From Eledone cirrhosa (lineage: Eukaryota), in assembly GCA_964016885.1 (NCBI GenBank), contig OZ024753.1, positions 24,986,001 through 25,050,000 of the forward strand: a DNA stretch of 64,000 nt, read 5' to 3'. The notes beneath the pieces are model-generated. The model made no database searches, was not told where the DNA came from, and was given only the letters and a program-made list of their open reading frames with translations. The first letter of the stretch is position 1. Each line of letters starts with the position of its first letter. This document shows positions 1 through 14,580 of the stretch, in pieces. The position numbers and the translations under genes were made by a program.

Positions 1-3000
1 CAGCCAAGACATAGAAACATGATAGTAATAACTCCAGCCAACACATAGAAACATGATAGTAATAACTCCCACCAAGATATAGAAACATGATAGTAATAAC
101 TCCAGTCAAGACATAGAAACATGATAGTAATAACCCCAATCAAGTTATAGAAACATGATAGTAATAACTCCAACCAAGACATAGAAACATGATAGTAATA
201 ACTCCAACCAAGACATAGAAACAGGATAGTAATAACTCCAGCAAAGACATAGAAACAGGATAGTAATAACTCCAGACAAGACTGAGAAACATGATAATAA
301 TAACTCCAACCAAGACATAGAAACATGATAGTAATAACTCCAATCATGACATAAAAACATGATAATAATAACTTCAGTCAAGATATAGAAACATGATAGT
401 AATAACTGCAGCCAAGACATAGAAACATGATAGTAATAACTCCAGCCAACACATAGAAACATGATAGTAATAACTCCCGCCAAGATATAGAAACATGATA
501 GTAATAACTCCAGTCAAGACATAGAAACATGATAGTAATAACTCCAGTCAACATATAGAAACATGATAGTAATAACCCCAATCAAGTTATAGAAACATGA
601 TAGTAATAACTCCAACCAAGACATAGAAACATGATAGTAATAACTCCGACCAAAATATAGAAACAGGATAGTAATAACTCTAACCAAGATATAGAAACAT
701 GATAGTAATAACTCCAACCAAAATATAGAAACATGATAGTAGTAACTCCAACCAAGACATAGAAACATGATAGTAATAACTTCAACCAAGATATAGAAAT
801 AGGATAGTAATAACTCCAACCAAAATATTGAAACATGATAGTAATAACTCCAACCAAGATATAGAAACAGGATAGTAATAATTCCAACCAAGACATAGAA
901 ACAGGATAGTAATAACTCCAAACTAAATATGGAAACATGATAGTAATAACTCCAATCAAGACATAGAAACAGGATAGTAATAACTCCTACCAAGACATAG
1001 AAACAGGATAGTAATAACTCCAACCAAGACATAGAAACATGATAGTAATAACTCCAGCCAAGATATAGAAACAGTATAGTAATAACTCCAACCAAGACAT
1101 AGAAACAGGATAGTAATAACTCCAACCAAGACATAGAAACAGGATAGTAATAACTCCAGCCAAGATATAGAAACAGGATAGTAATAACTCCAACCAAGAC
1201 ATAGAAACAGGATAGTAATAACTCCAGCCAAGATATAGAAACAGTATAGTAATAACTCCAACCAAGACATAGAAACAGGATAGTAATAACTCCAACCAAA
1301 ACATAGAAACAGGATAGTAATAACTCCAACCAAGACATAGGAACAGGATAGTAATAACTCCAGTCAAAACATAGAAACAGGATAGTAATAACTCCAACCA
1401 AGATATAGAAACAGGATAGTAATAACTCCAGTCAAGACATAGAAACATGATAATAATAACTCCAACCAAGACATAGAAACATGATAGTAATAAACCCAAT
1501 CATGACATAAAAACATGATAATAATAACTTCAGTCAAGATATAGAAACATGATAGTAATAACTCCAGTCAAGATATAGAAACATGATAGTAATAACTCCA
1601 GCCAAGACATAGAAACATGATAGTAATAACTCCAGCCAACACATAGAAACATGATAGTAATAACTCCAGCCAAGATATAGAAACAGGATAGTAATAACTC
1701 CAGTCAAGACATAGAAACATGATAGTAATAACTCCAGTCAAGACATAGAAACATGATAGTAATAACTCCAGCCAAGACATAGAAACATGATAGTAATAAC
1801 TCCAGCCAACACATAGAAACATGATAGTAATAACTCCAGCCAAGATATAGAAACAGGATAGTAATAACTCCAGTCAAGACATAGAAACATGATAGTAATA
1901 ACTCCAGTCAAGACATAGAAACATGATAGTAATAACTCCAGTCAAGACATAGAAACATGATAGTAATAAACCCAATCAAGTTATAGAAACATGATAGTAA
2001 TAACTCCAACCAAGACATAGAAACATGATAGTAATAACTCCAACCAAAATATAGAAACAGGATAGTAATAACTCTAACCAAGATATAGAAACATGACAGT
2101 AATAACTCCAACCAAAATATAGAAACATGATAGTAGTAACTCCAACCAAGACATAGAAACATGATAGTAATAACTCCAACCAAGACATAGAAACAGGATA
2201 GTAATAACTCCAACCAAGACATAGAAACAGGATAGTAATAACTCCAACCAAGATATAGAAACAAGATAGTAAAAACTCCAGCCAAGATATAGAAACAGGA
2301 TAGTAATAACTCCAACCAAGACATAGAAACATGATAGTAATAACTCCAACCAAGATATAGAAACAGGATAGTAATAACTCAAACCAAGATATAGAAACAA
2401 GATAGTAATAACTCCAGTCAAGATATAGAAACATGATAGTAATAACTCCAGCCAAGACATAGAAACATGATAGTAATAACTCCCGCCAAGATATAGAAAC
2501 ATGATAGTAATAACTCCAGTCAAGACATAGAAACATGATAGTAATAACTCCAACCAAGACATAGAAACATGATAGTAATAACTCCAACCAAAATATAGAA
2601 ACATGATAGTAACAACTCCAACCAAGATATAGAAACATGATAGTAATAACTCTAACCAAAATATAGAAACATGATAGTAATAACTCCAACCAAGACATAG
2701 AAACATGATAGTAATAACTCCAACCAAGACATAGAAACAGGATAGTAATAACTCCAACCAAGATATAGAAATAGGATAGTAATAACTCCAACCAAAATAT
2801 TGAAACATGATAGTAATAACTCCAACCAAGATATAGAAACAGGATAGTAATAACTCCAGACAAGACATAGAAACAGGATAGTAATAACTCCAGACAAGAC
2901 ATAGAAACAGGATAGTAATAACTCCAGACAAGACACAGAAACATGATAGTAATAACTCCAACCAAGATATAGAAACATGATAATAATATCTCCAACCAAG

Positions 3001-3477
3001 ACATAGAAACAGGATAGTAATAACTCCAGACAAGACATAGAAACAGGATAGTAATAACTCCAACCAAGACATAGAAACAGGATAGTAATAACTCCAGACA
3101 AGACTGAGAAACATGATAGTAATAACTCCAACCAAGACATAGAAACAGGATAGTAATAACTCCAGACAAGACTGAGAAACATGATAATAATAACTCCAAC
3201 CAAGACATAGAAACATGATAGTAATAACCCCAATCATGACATAAAAACATGATAATAATAACTTCAGTCAAGATATAGAAACATGATAGTAATAACTCCA
3301 GTCAAGATATAGAAGCATGATAGTAATAACTCCAGCCAAGACATAGAAACATGATAGTAATAACTCCAGCCAACACATAGAAACATGATAGTAATAACTC
3401 CCGCCAAGATATAGAAACATGATAGTAATAACTCCAGTCAAGACATAGAAACATGATAGTAATAACCCCAATCAAGT

Positions 3478-6400
3478 TATAGAAACATGATAGTAATAAC
3501 TCCAACCAAGACATAGAAACATGATAGTAATAACTCCAACCAAGACATAGAAACAGGATAGTAATAACTCCAACCAAGATATAGAAATAGGATAGTAATA
3601 AGTCCAACCAAAATATTGAAACATGATAGTAATAACTCCAGCCAAGACATAGAAACATGATAGTAATAACTCCAGCCAAGACATAGAAACATGATAGTAA
3701 TAACTCCCGCCAAGATATAGAAACATGATAGTGATAACTCCAGTCAAGACATAGAAACATGATAGTAATAACTCCAGTCAAGATATAGAAACATGATAGT
3801 AATAACCCCAATCAAGTTATAGAAACATGATAGTAATAACTCCAACCAAGACATAGAAACATGATAGTAATAACTCCAACCAAAATATAGAAACAGGATA
3901 GTAATAACTCTAACCAAGATATAGAAACATGATAGTAATAACTCCAACCAAAATATAGAAACATGATAGTAGTAACTCCAACCAAGACATAGAAACATGA
4001 TAGTAATAACTTCAACCAAGATATAGAAATAGAATAGTAATAACTCCAACAAAAATATTGAAACATGATAGTAATAACTCCAACCAAGATATAGAAGCAG
4101 GATAGTAATAATTCCAACCAAGACATAGAAACAGGATAGTAATAACTCCAAACTAAATATGGAAACATGATAGTAATAACTCCAATCAAGACATAGAAAC
4201 AGGATAGTAATAACTCCTACCAAAACATAGAAACAGGATAGTAATAACTCCAACCAAGACATAGAAACAGGATAGTAATAACTCCAGCCAAGATATAGAA
4301 ACAGTATAGTAATAACTCCAACCAAGACATAGAAACAGGATATTAATAACTCCAACCAAGACATAGAAACAGGATAGTAATAACTCCAGCCAAGATATAG
4401 AAACAGGATAGTAATAACTCCAACCAAGACATAGAAACAGGATAGTAATAACTCCAGCCAAGATATAGAAACAGTATAGTAATAACTCCAACCAAGACAT
4501 AGAAACAGGATAGTAATAACTCCAACCAAGACATAGAAACAGGATAGTAATAACTCGAGCCAAGATATAGAAACAGGATAGTAATAACTCCAACCAAGAC
4601 ATAGAAACATGATAGTAATAACTCCAGCCAAGACATAGAAACATGATAGTAATAACTCCAGCCAAGATATAGAAACAGGATAGTAATAACTCCAACCAAG
4701 ACATAGAAACAGGATAGTAATAACTCCAGCCAAGATATAGAAACAGTATAGTAATAACTCCAACCAAGACATAGAAACAGGATAGTAATAACTCCAACCA
4801 AAACATAGAAACAGGATAGTAATAACTCCAACCAAGACATAGGAACAGGATAGTAATAACTCCAGTCAAAACATAGAAACAGGATAGTAATAACTCCAAC
4901 CAAGATATAGAAACAGGATAGTAATAACTCCAGTCAAGACATAGAAACATGATAATAATAACTCCAACCAAGACATAGAAACATGATAGTAATAAACCCA
5001 ATCATGACATAAAAACATGATAATAATAACTTCAGTCAAGATATAGAAACATGATAGTAATAACTCCAGTCAAGATATAGAAACATGATAGTAATAACTC
5101 CAACCAAGACATAGAAACATGATAGTAATAACTCCAGCCAACACATAGAAACATGATAGTAATAACTCCAGCCAATTTATAGAAACATGATAGTAATAAC
5201 TCCAACCAAGACATAGAAACATGATAGTAATAACTCCATCCAAGACATAGAAACAGGATAGTAATAACTCCAACCAAGATATAGAAATAGGATAGTAATA
5301 AGTCCAACCAAAATATTGAAACATGATAGTAATAACTCCAGCCAAGACATAGAAACATGATAGTAATAACTCCAGCCAAGACATAGAAACATGATAGTAA
5401 TAACTCCCGCCAAGATATAGAAACATGATAGTGATAACTCCAGTCAAGACATAGAAACATGATAGTAATAACTCCAGTCAAGATATAGAAACATGATAGT
5501 AATAACCCCAATCAAGTTATAGAAACATGATAGTAATAACTCCAACCAAGACATAGAAACATGATAGTAATAACTCCAACCAAAATATAGAAACAGGATA
5601 GTAATAACTCTAACCAAGATATAGAAACATGATAGTAATAACTCCAACCAAAATATAGAAACATGATAGTAGTAACTCCAACCAAGACATAGAAACATGA
5701 TAGTAATAACTTCAACCAAGATATAGAAATAGAATAGTAATAACTCCAACAAAAATATTGAAACATGATAGTAATAACTCCAACCAAGATATAGAAGCAG
5801 GATAGTAATAATTCCAACCAAGACATAGAAACAGGATAGTAATAACTCCAAACTAAATATGGAAACATGATAGTAATAACTCCAATCAAGACATAGAAAC
5901 AGGATAGTAATAACTCCTACCAAAACATAGAAACAGGATAGTAATAACTCCAACCAAGACATAGAAACAGGATAGTAATAACTCCAGCCAAGATATAGAA
6001 ACAGTATAGTAATAACTCCAACCAAGACATAGAAACAGGATATTAATAACTCCAACCAAGACATAGAAACAGGATAGTAATAACTCCAGCCAAGATATAG
6101 AAACAGGATAGTAATAACTCCAACCAAGACATAGAAACAGGATAGTAATAACTCCAGCCAAGATATAGAAACAGTATAGTAATAACTCCCGCCAAGATAT
6201 AGAAACATGATAGTAATAACTCCAGTCAAGACATAGAAACATGATAGTAATAACCCCAATCAAGTTATAGAAACATGATAGTAATAACTCCAACCAAGAC
6301 ATAGAAACATGATAGTAATAACTCCAACCAAGACATAGAAACAGGATAGTAATAACTCCAACCAAGATATAGAAATAGGATAGTAATAAGTCCAACCAAA

Positions 6401-9400
6401 ATATTGAAACATGATAGTAATAACTCCAGCCAAGACATAGAAACATGATAGTAATAACTCCAGCCAAGACATAGAAACATGATAGTAATAACTCCCGCCA
6501 AGATATAGAAACATGATAGTGATAACTCCAGTCAAGACATAGAAACATGATAGTAATAACTCCAGTCAAGATATAGAAACATGATAGTAATAACCCCAAT
6601 CAAGTTATAGAAACATGATAGTAATAACTCCAACCAAGACATAGAAACATGATAGTAATAACTCCAACCAAAATATAGAAACAGGATAGTAATAACTCTA
6701 ACCAAGATATAGAAACATGATAGTAATAACTCCAACCAAAATATAGAAACATGATAGTAGTAACTCCAACCAAGACATAGAAACATGATAGTAATAACTT
6801 CAACCAAGATATAGAAATAGAATAGTAATAACTCCAACAAAAATATTGAAACATGATAGTAATAACTCCAACCAAGATATAGAAGCAGGATAGTAATAAT
6901 TCCAACCAAGACATAGAAACAGGATAGTAATAACTCCAAACTAAATATGGAAACATGATAGTAATAACTCCAATCAAGACATAGAAACAGGATAGTAATA
7001 ACTCCTACCAAAACATAGAAACAGGATAGTAATAACTCCAACCAAGACATAGAAACAGGATAGTAATAACTCCAGCCAAGATATAGAAACAGTATAGTAA
7101 TAACTCCAACCAAGACATAGAAACAGGATATTAATAACTCCAACCAAGACATAGAAACAGGATAGTAATAACTCCAGCCAAGATATAGAAACAGGATAGT
7201 AATAACTCCAACCAAGACATAGAAACAGGATAGTAATAACTCCAGCCAAGATATAGAAACAGTATAGTAATAACTCCAACCAAGACATAGAAACAGGATA
7301 GTAATAACTCCAACCAAGACATAGAAACAGGATAGTAATAACTCGAGCCAAGATATAGAAACAGGATAGTAATAACTCCAACCAAGACATAGAAACATGA
7401 TAGTAATAACTCCAGCCAAGACATAGAAACATGATAGTAATAACTCCAGCCAAGATATAGAAACAGGATAGTAATAACTCCAACCAAGACATAGAAACAG
7501 GATAGTAATAACTCCAGCCAAGATATAGAAACAGTATAGTAATAACTCCAACCAAGACATAGAAACAGGATAGTAATAACTCCAACCAAAACATAGAAAC
7601 AGGATAGTAATAACTCCAACCAAGACATAGGAACAGGATAGTAATAACTCCAGTCAAAACATAGAAACAGGATAGTAATAACTCCAACCAAGATATAGAA
7701 ACAGGATAGTAATAACTCCAGTCAAGACATAGAAACATGATAATAATAACTCCAACCAAGACATAGAAACATGATAGTAATAAACCCAATCATGACATAA
7801 AAACATGATAATAATAACTTCAGTCAAGATATAGAAACATGATAGTAATAACTCCAGTCAAGATATAGAAACATGATAGTAATAACTCCAACCAAGACAT
7901 AGAAACATGATAGTAATAACTCCAGCCAACACATAGAAACATGATAGTAATAACTCCAGCCAATTTATAGAAACATGATAGTAATAACTCCAACCAAGAC
8001 ATAGAAACATGATAGTAATAACTCCATCCAAGACATAGAAACAGGATAGTAATAACTCCAACCAAGATATAGAAATAGGATAGTAATAAGTCCAACCAAA
8101 ATATTGAAACATGATAGTAATAACTCCAGCCAAGACATAGAAACATGATAGTAATAACTCCAGCCAAGACATAGAAACATGATAGTAATAACTCCCGCCA
8201 AGATATAGAAACATGATAGTGATAACTCCAGTCAAGACATAGAAACATGATAGTAATAACTCCAGTCAAGATATAGAAACATGATAGTAATAACCCCAAT
8301 CAAGTTATAGAAACATGATAGTAATAACTCCAACCAAGACATAGAAACATGATAGTAATAACTCCAACCAAAATATAGAAACAGGATAGTAATAACTCTA
8401 ACCAAGATATAGAAACATGATAGTAATAACTCCAACCAAAATATAGAAACATGATAGTAGTAACTCCAACCAAGACATAGAAACATGATAGTAATAACTT
8501 CAACCAAGATATAGAAATAGAATAGTAATAACTCCAACAAAAATATTGAAACATGATAGTAATAACTCCAACCAAGATATAGAAGCAGGATAGTAATAAT
8601 TCCAACCAAGACATAGAAACAGGATAGTAATAACTCCAAACTAAATATGGAAACATGATAGTAATAACTCCAATCAAGACATAGAAACAGGATAGTAATA
8701 ACTCCTACCAAAACATAGAAACAGGATAGTAATAACTCCAACCAAGACATAGAAACAGGATAGTAATAACTCCAGCCAAGATATAGAAACAGTATAGTAA
8801 TAACTCCAACCAAGACATAGAAACAGGATATTAATAACTCCAACCAAGACATAGAAACAGGATAGTAATAACTCCAGCCAAGATATAGAAACAGGATAGT
8901 AATAACTCCAACCAAGACATAGAAACAGGATAGTAATAACTCCAGCCAAGATATAGAAACAGTATAGTAATAACTCCAACCAAGACATAGAAACAGGATA
9001 GTAATAACTCCAACCAAGACATAGAAACAGGATAGTAATAACTCGAGCCAAGATATAGAAACAGGATAGTAATAACTCCAACCAAGACATAGAAACATGA
9101 TAGTAATAACTCCAGCCAAGACATAGAAACATGATAGTAATAACTCCAGCCAAGATATAGAAACAGGATAGTAATAACTCCAACCAAGACATAGAAACAG
9201 GATAGTAATAACTCCAGCCAAGATATAGAAACAGTATAGTAATAACTCCAACCAAGACATAGAAACAGGATAGTAATAACTCCAACCAAAACATAGAAAC
9301 AGGATAGTAATAACTCCAACCAAGACATAGGAACAGGATAGTAATAACTCCAGTCAAAACATAGAAACAGGATAGTAATAACTCCAACCAAGATATAGAA

Positions 9401-9660
9401 ACAGGATAGTAATAACTCCAGTCAAGACATAGAAACATGATAATAATAACTCCAACCAAGACATAGAAACATGATAGTAATAAACCCAATCATGACATAA
9501 AAACATGATAATAATAACTTCAGTCAAGATATAGAAACATGATAGTAATAACTCCAGTCAAGATATAGAAACATGATAGTAATAACTCCAACCAAGACAT
9601 AGAAACATGATAGTAATAACTCCAGCCAACACATAGAAACATGATAGTAATAACTCCAGC
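3478..9660. repeat. Higher-order repeat of 50 monomers (1,700 bp), about 3.6 copies, overlaid by a 2,788-bp (82-monomer) duplication
   Basis: The private variant ggatattaat (tatt) lies at 4341, 6041, 7129 and 8829, giving offsets of 1700 and 2788. Identical translated ORFs start at 3744/6532/8232 and 4186/6974/8674. gccaatttat occurs at 5171 and 7959. Confidence 0.9.
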
Positions 9661-12600
9661 CAAGATATAGAAACAGGATAGTAATAACTCCAGTCAAGAC
9701 ATAGAAACATGATAGTAATAACTCCAGTCAAGACATAGAAACATGATAGTAATAACTCCAGCCAAGACATAGAAACATGATAGTAATAACTCCAGCCAAC
9801 ACATAGAAACATGATAGTAATAACTCCAGCCAAGATATAGAAACAGGATAGTAATAACTCCAGTGAAGACATAGAAACATGATAGTAATAACTCCAGTCA
9901 AGACATAGAAACATGATAGTAATAACTCCAGTCAAGACATAGAAACATGATAGTAATAACCCCAATCAAGTTATAGAAACATGATAGTAATAACTCCAAC
10001 CAAGACATAGAAACATGATAGTAATAACTCCAACCAAAATATAGAAACAGGATAGTAATAACTCTAACCAAGATATAGAAACATGACAGTAATAACTCCA
10101 ACCAAAATATAGAAACATGATAGTAGTAACTCCAACCAAGACATAGAAACATGATAGTAATAACTCCAACCAAGACATAGAAACAGGATAGTAATAACTC
10201 CAACCAAGACATAGAAACAGGATAGTAATAACTCCAACCAAGATATAGAAACAGGATAGTAATAACTCAAACCAAGATATAGAAACAAGATAGTAATAAC
10301 TCCAGCCAAGATATAGAAACAGGATAGTAATAACTCCAACCAAGACATAGAAACATGATAGTAATAACTCCAACCAAGATATAGAAACAGGATAGTAATA
10401 ACTCAAACCAAGATATAGAAACAAGATAGTAATAACTCCAGACAAGACATAGAAACATGATAGTAATAACTCCAGCCAAGACATAGAAACATGATAGTAA
10501 TAACTCCAGCCAACACATAGAAACATGATAGTAATAACTCCAGCCAAGATATAGAAACAAGATAGTAATAACTCCAGTCAAGAAATAGAAACATGATAGT
10601 AATAACTCCAGCCAAGACATAGAAACATGATAGTAATAACTCCCGCCAAGATATAGAAACATGATAGTAATAACTCCAGTCAAGACATAGAAACATGATA
10701 GTAATAACTCCAACCAAGACATAGAAACATGATAGTAATAACTCCAACCAAAATATAGAAACATGATAGTAACAACTCCAACCAAGATATAGAAACATGA
10801 TAGTAATAACTCTAACCAAAATATAGAAACATGATAGTAATAACTCCAACCAAGACATAGAAACATGATAGTAAGAACTCCAACCAAGACATAGAAACAG
10901 GATAGTAATAACTCCAACCAAGATATAGAAATAGGATAGTAATAACTCCAACCAAAATATTGAAACATGATAGTAATAACTCCAACCAAGATATAGAAAC
11001 AGGATAGTAATAACTCCAGACAAGACATAGAAACAGGATAGTAATAACTCCAGACAAGACATAGAAACAGGATAGTAATAACTCCAACCAAGACATAGAA
11101 ACAGGATAGTAATAACTCCAGCCAAGATATAGAAACAGTATAGTAATAACTCCAACCAAGACATAGAAACAGGATAGTAATAACTCCAACCAAAACATAG
11201 AAACAGGATAGTAATAACTCCAACCAAGACATAGGAACAGGATAGTAATAACTCCAGTCAAAACATAGAAACAGGATAGTAATAACTCCAACCAAGATAT
11301 AGAAACAGGATAGTAATAACTCCAGTCAAGACATAGAAACATGATAATAATAACTCCAACCAAGACATAGAAACATGATAGTAATAAACCCAATCATGAC
11401 ATAAAAACATGATAATAATAACTTCAGTCAAGATATAGAAACATGATAGTAATAACTCCAGTCAAGATATAGAAACATGATAGTAATAACTCCAGCCAAG
11501 ACATAGAAACATGATAGTAATAACTCCAGCCAACACATAGAAACATGATAGTAATAACTCCAGCCAAGATATAGAAACAGGATAGTAATAACTCCAGTCA
11601 AGACATAGAAACATGATAGTAATAACTCCAGTCAAGACATAGAAACATGATAGTAATAACTCCAGCCAAGACATAGAAACATGATCGTAATAACTCCAGC
11701 CAACACATAGAAACATGATAGTAATAACTCCAGCCAAGATATAGAAACAGTATAGTAATAACTCCAGTCAAGACATAGAAACATGATAGTAATAACTCCA
11801 GTCAAGACATAGAAACATGATAGTAATAACTCCAGTCAAGACATAGAAACATGATAGTAATAACCCCAATCAAGTTATAGAAACATGATAGTAATAACTC
11901 CAACCAAGACATAGAAACATGATAGTAATAACTCCAACCAAAATATAGAAACAGGATAGTAATAACTCTAACCAAGATATAGAAACATGACAGTAATAAC
12001 TCCAACCAAAATATAGAAACATGATAGTAGTAACTCCAACCAAGACATAGAAACATGATAGTAATAACTCCAACCAAGACATAGAAACAGGATAGTAATA
12101 ACTCCAACCAAGACATAGAAACATGATAGTAATAACTCCAACCAAGATATAGAAACAGGATAGTAATAACTCAAACCAAGATATAGAAACAAGATAGTAA
12201 TAACTCCAGTCAAGATATAGAAACATGATAGTAATAACTCCAGCCAAGACATAGAAACATGATAGTAATAACTCCCGCCAAGATATAGAAACATGATAGT
12301 AATAACTCCAGTCAAGACATAGAAACATGATAGTAATAACTCCAACCAAGACATAGAAACATGATAGTAATAACTCCAACCAAAATATAGAAACATGATA
12401 GTAACAACTCCAACCAAGATATAGAAACATGATAGTAATAACTCTAACCAAAATATAGAAACATGATAGTAATAACTCCAACCAAGACATAGAAACATGA
12501 TAGTAATAACTCCAACCAAGACATAGAAACAGGATAGTAATAACTCCAACCAAGATATAGAAATAGGATAGTAATAACTCCAACCAAAATATTGAAACAT

Positions 12601-14580
12601 GATAGTAATAACTCCAACCAAGATATAGAAACATGATAATAATATCTCCAACCAAGACATAGAAACAGGATAGTAATAACTCCAGACAAGACATAGAAAC
12701 AGGATAGTAATAACTCCAACCAAGACATAGAAACAGGATAGTAATAACTCCAGACAAGACTGAGAAACATGATAGTAATAACTCCAACCAAGACATAGAA
12801 ACAGGATAGTAATAACTCCAGACAAGACTGAGAAACATGATAATAATAACTCCAACCAAGACATAGAAACATGATAGTAATAACCCCAATCATGACATAA
12901 AAACATGATAATAATAACTTCAGTCAAGATATAGAAATATGATAGTAATAACTCCAGTCAAGATATAGAAGCATGATAGTAATAACTCCAGCCAAGACAT
13001 AGAAACATGATAGTAATAACTCCAGCCAACACATAGAAACATGATAGTAATAACTCCCGCCAAGATATAGAAACATGATAGTAATAACTCCAGTCAAGAC
13101 ATAGAAACATGATAGTAATAACCCCAATCAAGTTATAGAAACATGATAGTAATAACTCCAACCAAGACATAGAAACATGATAGTAATAACTCCAACCAAG
13201 ACATAGAAACAGGATAGTAATAACTCCAACCAAGATATAGAAATAGGATAGTAATAAGTCCAACCAAAATATTGAAACATGATAGTAATAACTCCAGCCA
13301 AGACATAGAAACATGATAGTAATAACTCCAGCCAAGACATACAAACATGATAGTAATAACTCCCGCCAAGATATAGAAACATGATAGTGATAACTCCAGT
13401 CAAGACATAGAAACATGATAGTAATAACTCCAGTCAAGATATAGAAACATGATAGTAATAACCCCAATCAAGTTATAGAAACATGATAGTAATAACTCCA
13501 ACCAAGACATAGAAACATGATAGTAATAACTCCAACCAAAATATAGAAACAGGATAGTAATAACTCTAACCAAGATATAGAAACATGATAGTAATAACTC
13601 CAACCAAAATATAGAAACATGATAGTAGTAACTCCAACCAAGACATAGAAACATGATAGTAATAACTTCAACCAAGATATAGAAATAGAATAGTAATAAC
13701 TCCAACCAAAATATTGAAACATGATAGTAATAACTCCAACCAAGATATAGAAGCAGGATAGTAATAATTCCAACCAAGACATAGAAACAGGATAGTAATA
13801 ACTCCAAACTAAATATGGAAACATGATAGTAATAACTCCAATCAAGACATAGAAACAGGATAGTAATAACTCCTACCAAAACATAGAAACAGGATAGTAA
13901 TAACTCCAACCAAGACATAGAAACAGGATAGTAATAACTCCAGCCAAGATATAGAAACAGGATAGTAATAACTCCAACCAAGACATAGAAACAGGATAGT
14001 AATAACTCCAGCCAAGATATAGAAACAGTATAGTAATAACTCCAACCAAGACATAGAAACAGGATAGTAATAACTCCAACCAAGACATAGAAACAGGATA
14101 GTAATAACTCGAGCCAAGATATAGAAACAGGATAGTAATAACTCCAACCAAGACATAGAAACAGGATAGTAATAACTCCAGCCAAGATATAGAAACAGGA
14201 TAGTAATAACTCCAACCAAGACATAGAAACAGGATAGTAATAACTCCAGCCAAGATATAGAAACAGTATAGTAATAACTCCAACCAAGACATAGAAACAG
14301 GATAGTAATAACTCCAACCAAGACATAGAAACAGGATAGTAATAACTCGAGCCAAGATATAGAAACAGGATAGTAATAACTCCAACCAAGACATAGAAAC
14401 ATGATAGTAATAACTCCAACCAAGATATAGAAACAGGATAGTAATAACTCAAACCAAGATATAGAAACAAGATAGTAATAACTCCAGTCAAGATATAGAA
14501 ACATGATAGTAATAACTCCAGCCAAGACATAGAAACATGATAGTAATAACTCCAGCCAAGACATAGAAACATGATAGTAA

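Noticed and set aside
1-34. Origin of the 34-mer from a duplicated 17-mer
   Set aside because: The two halves do not align. Only short internal echoes are present (CCAA twice, ACATAG/ACATGA, TAG-TAA-TAA), which is too weak to support the claim.
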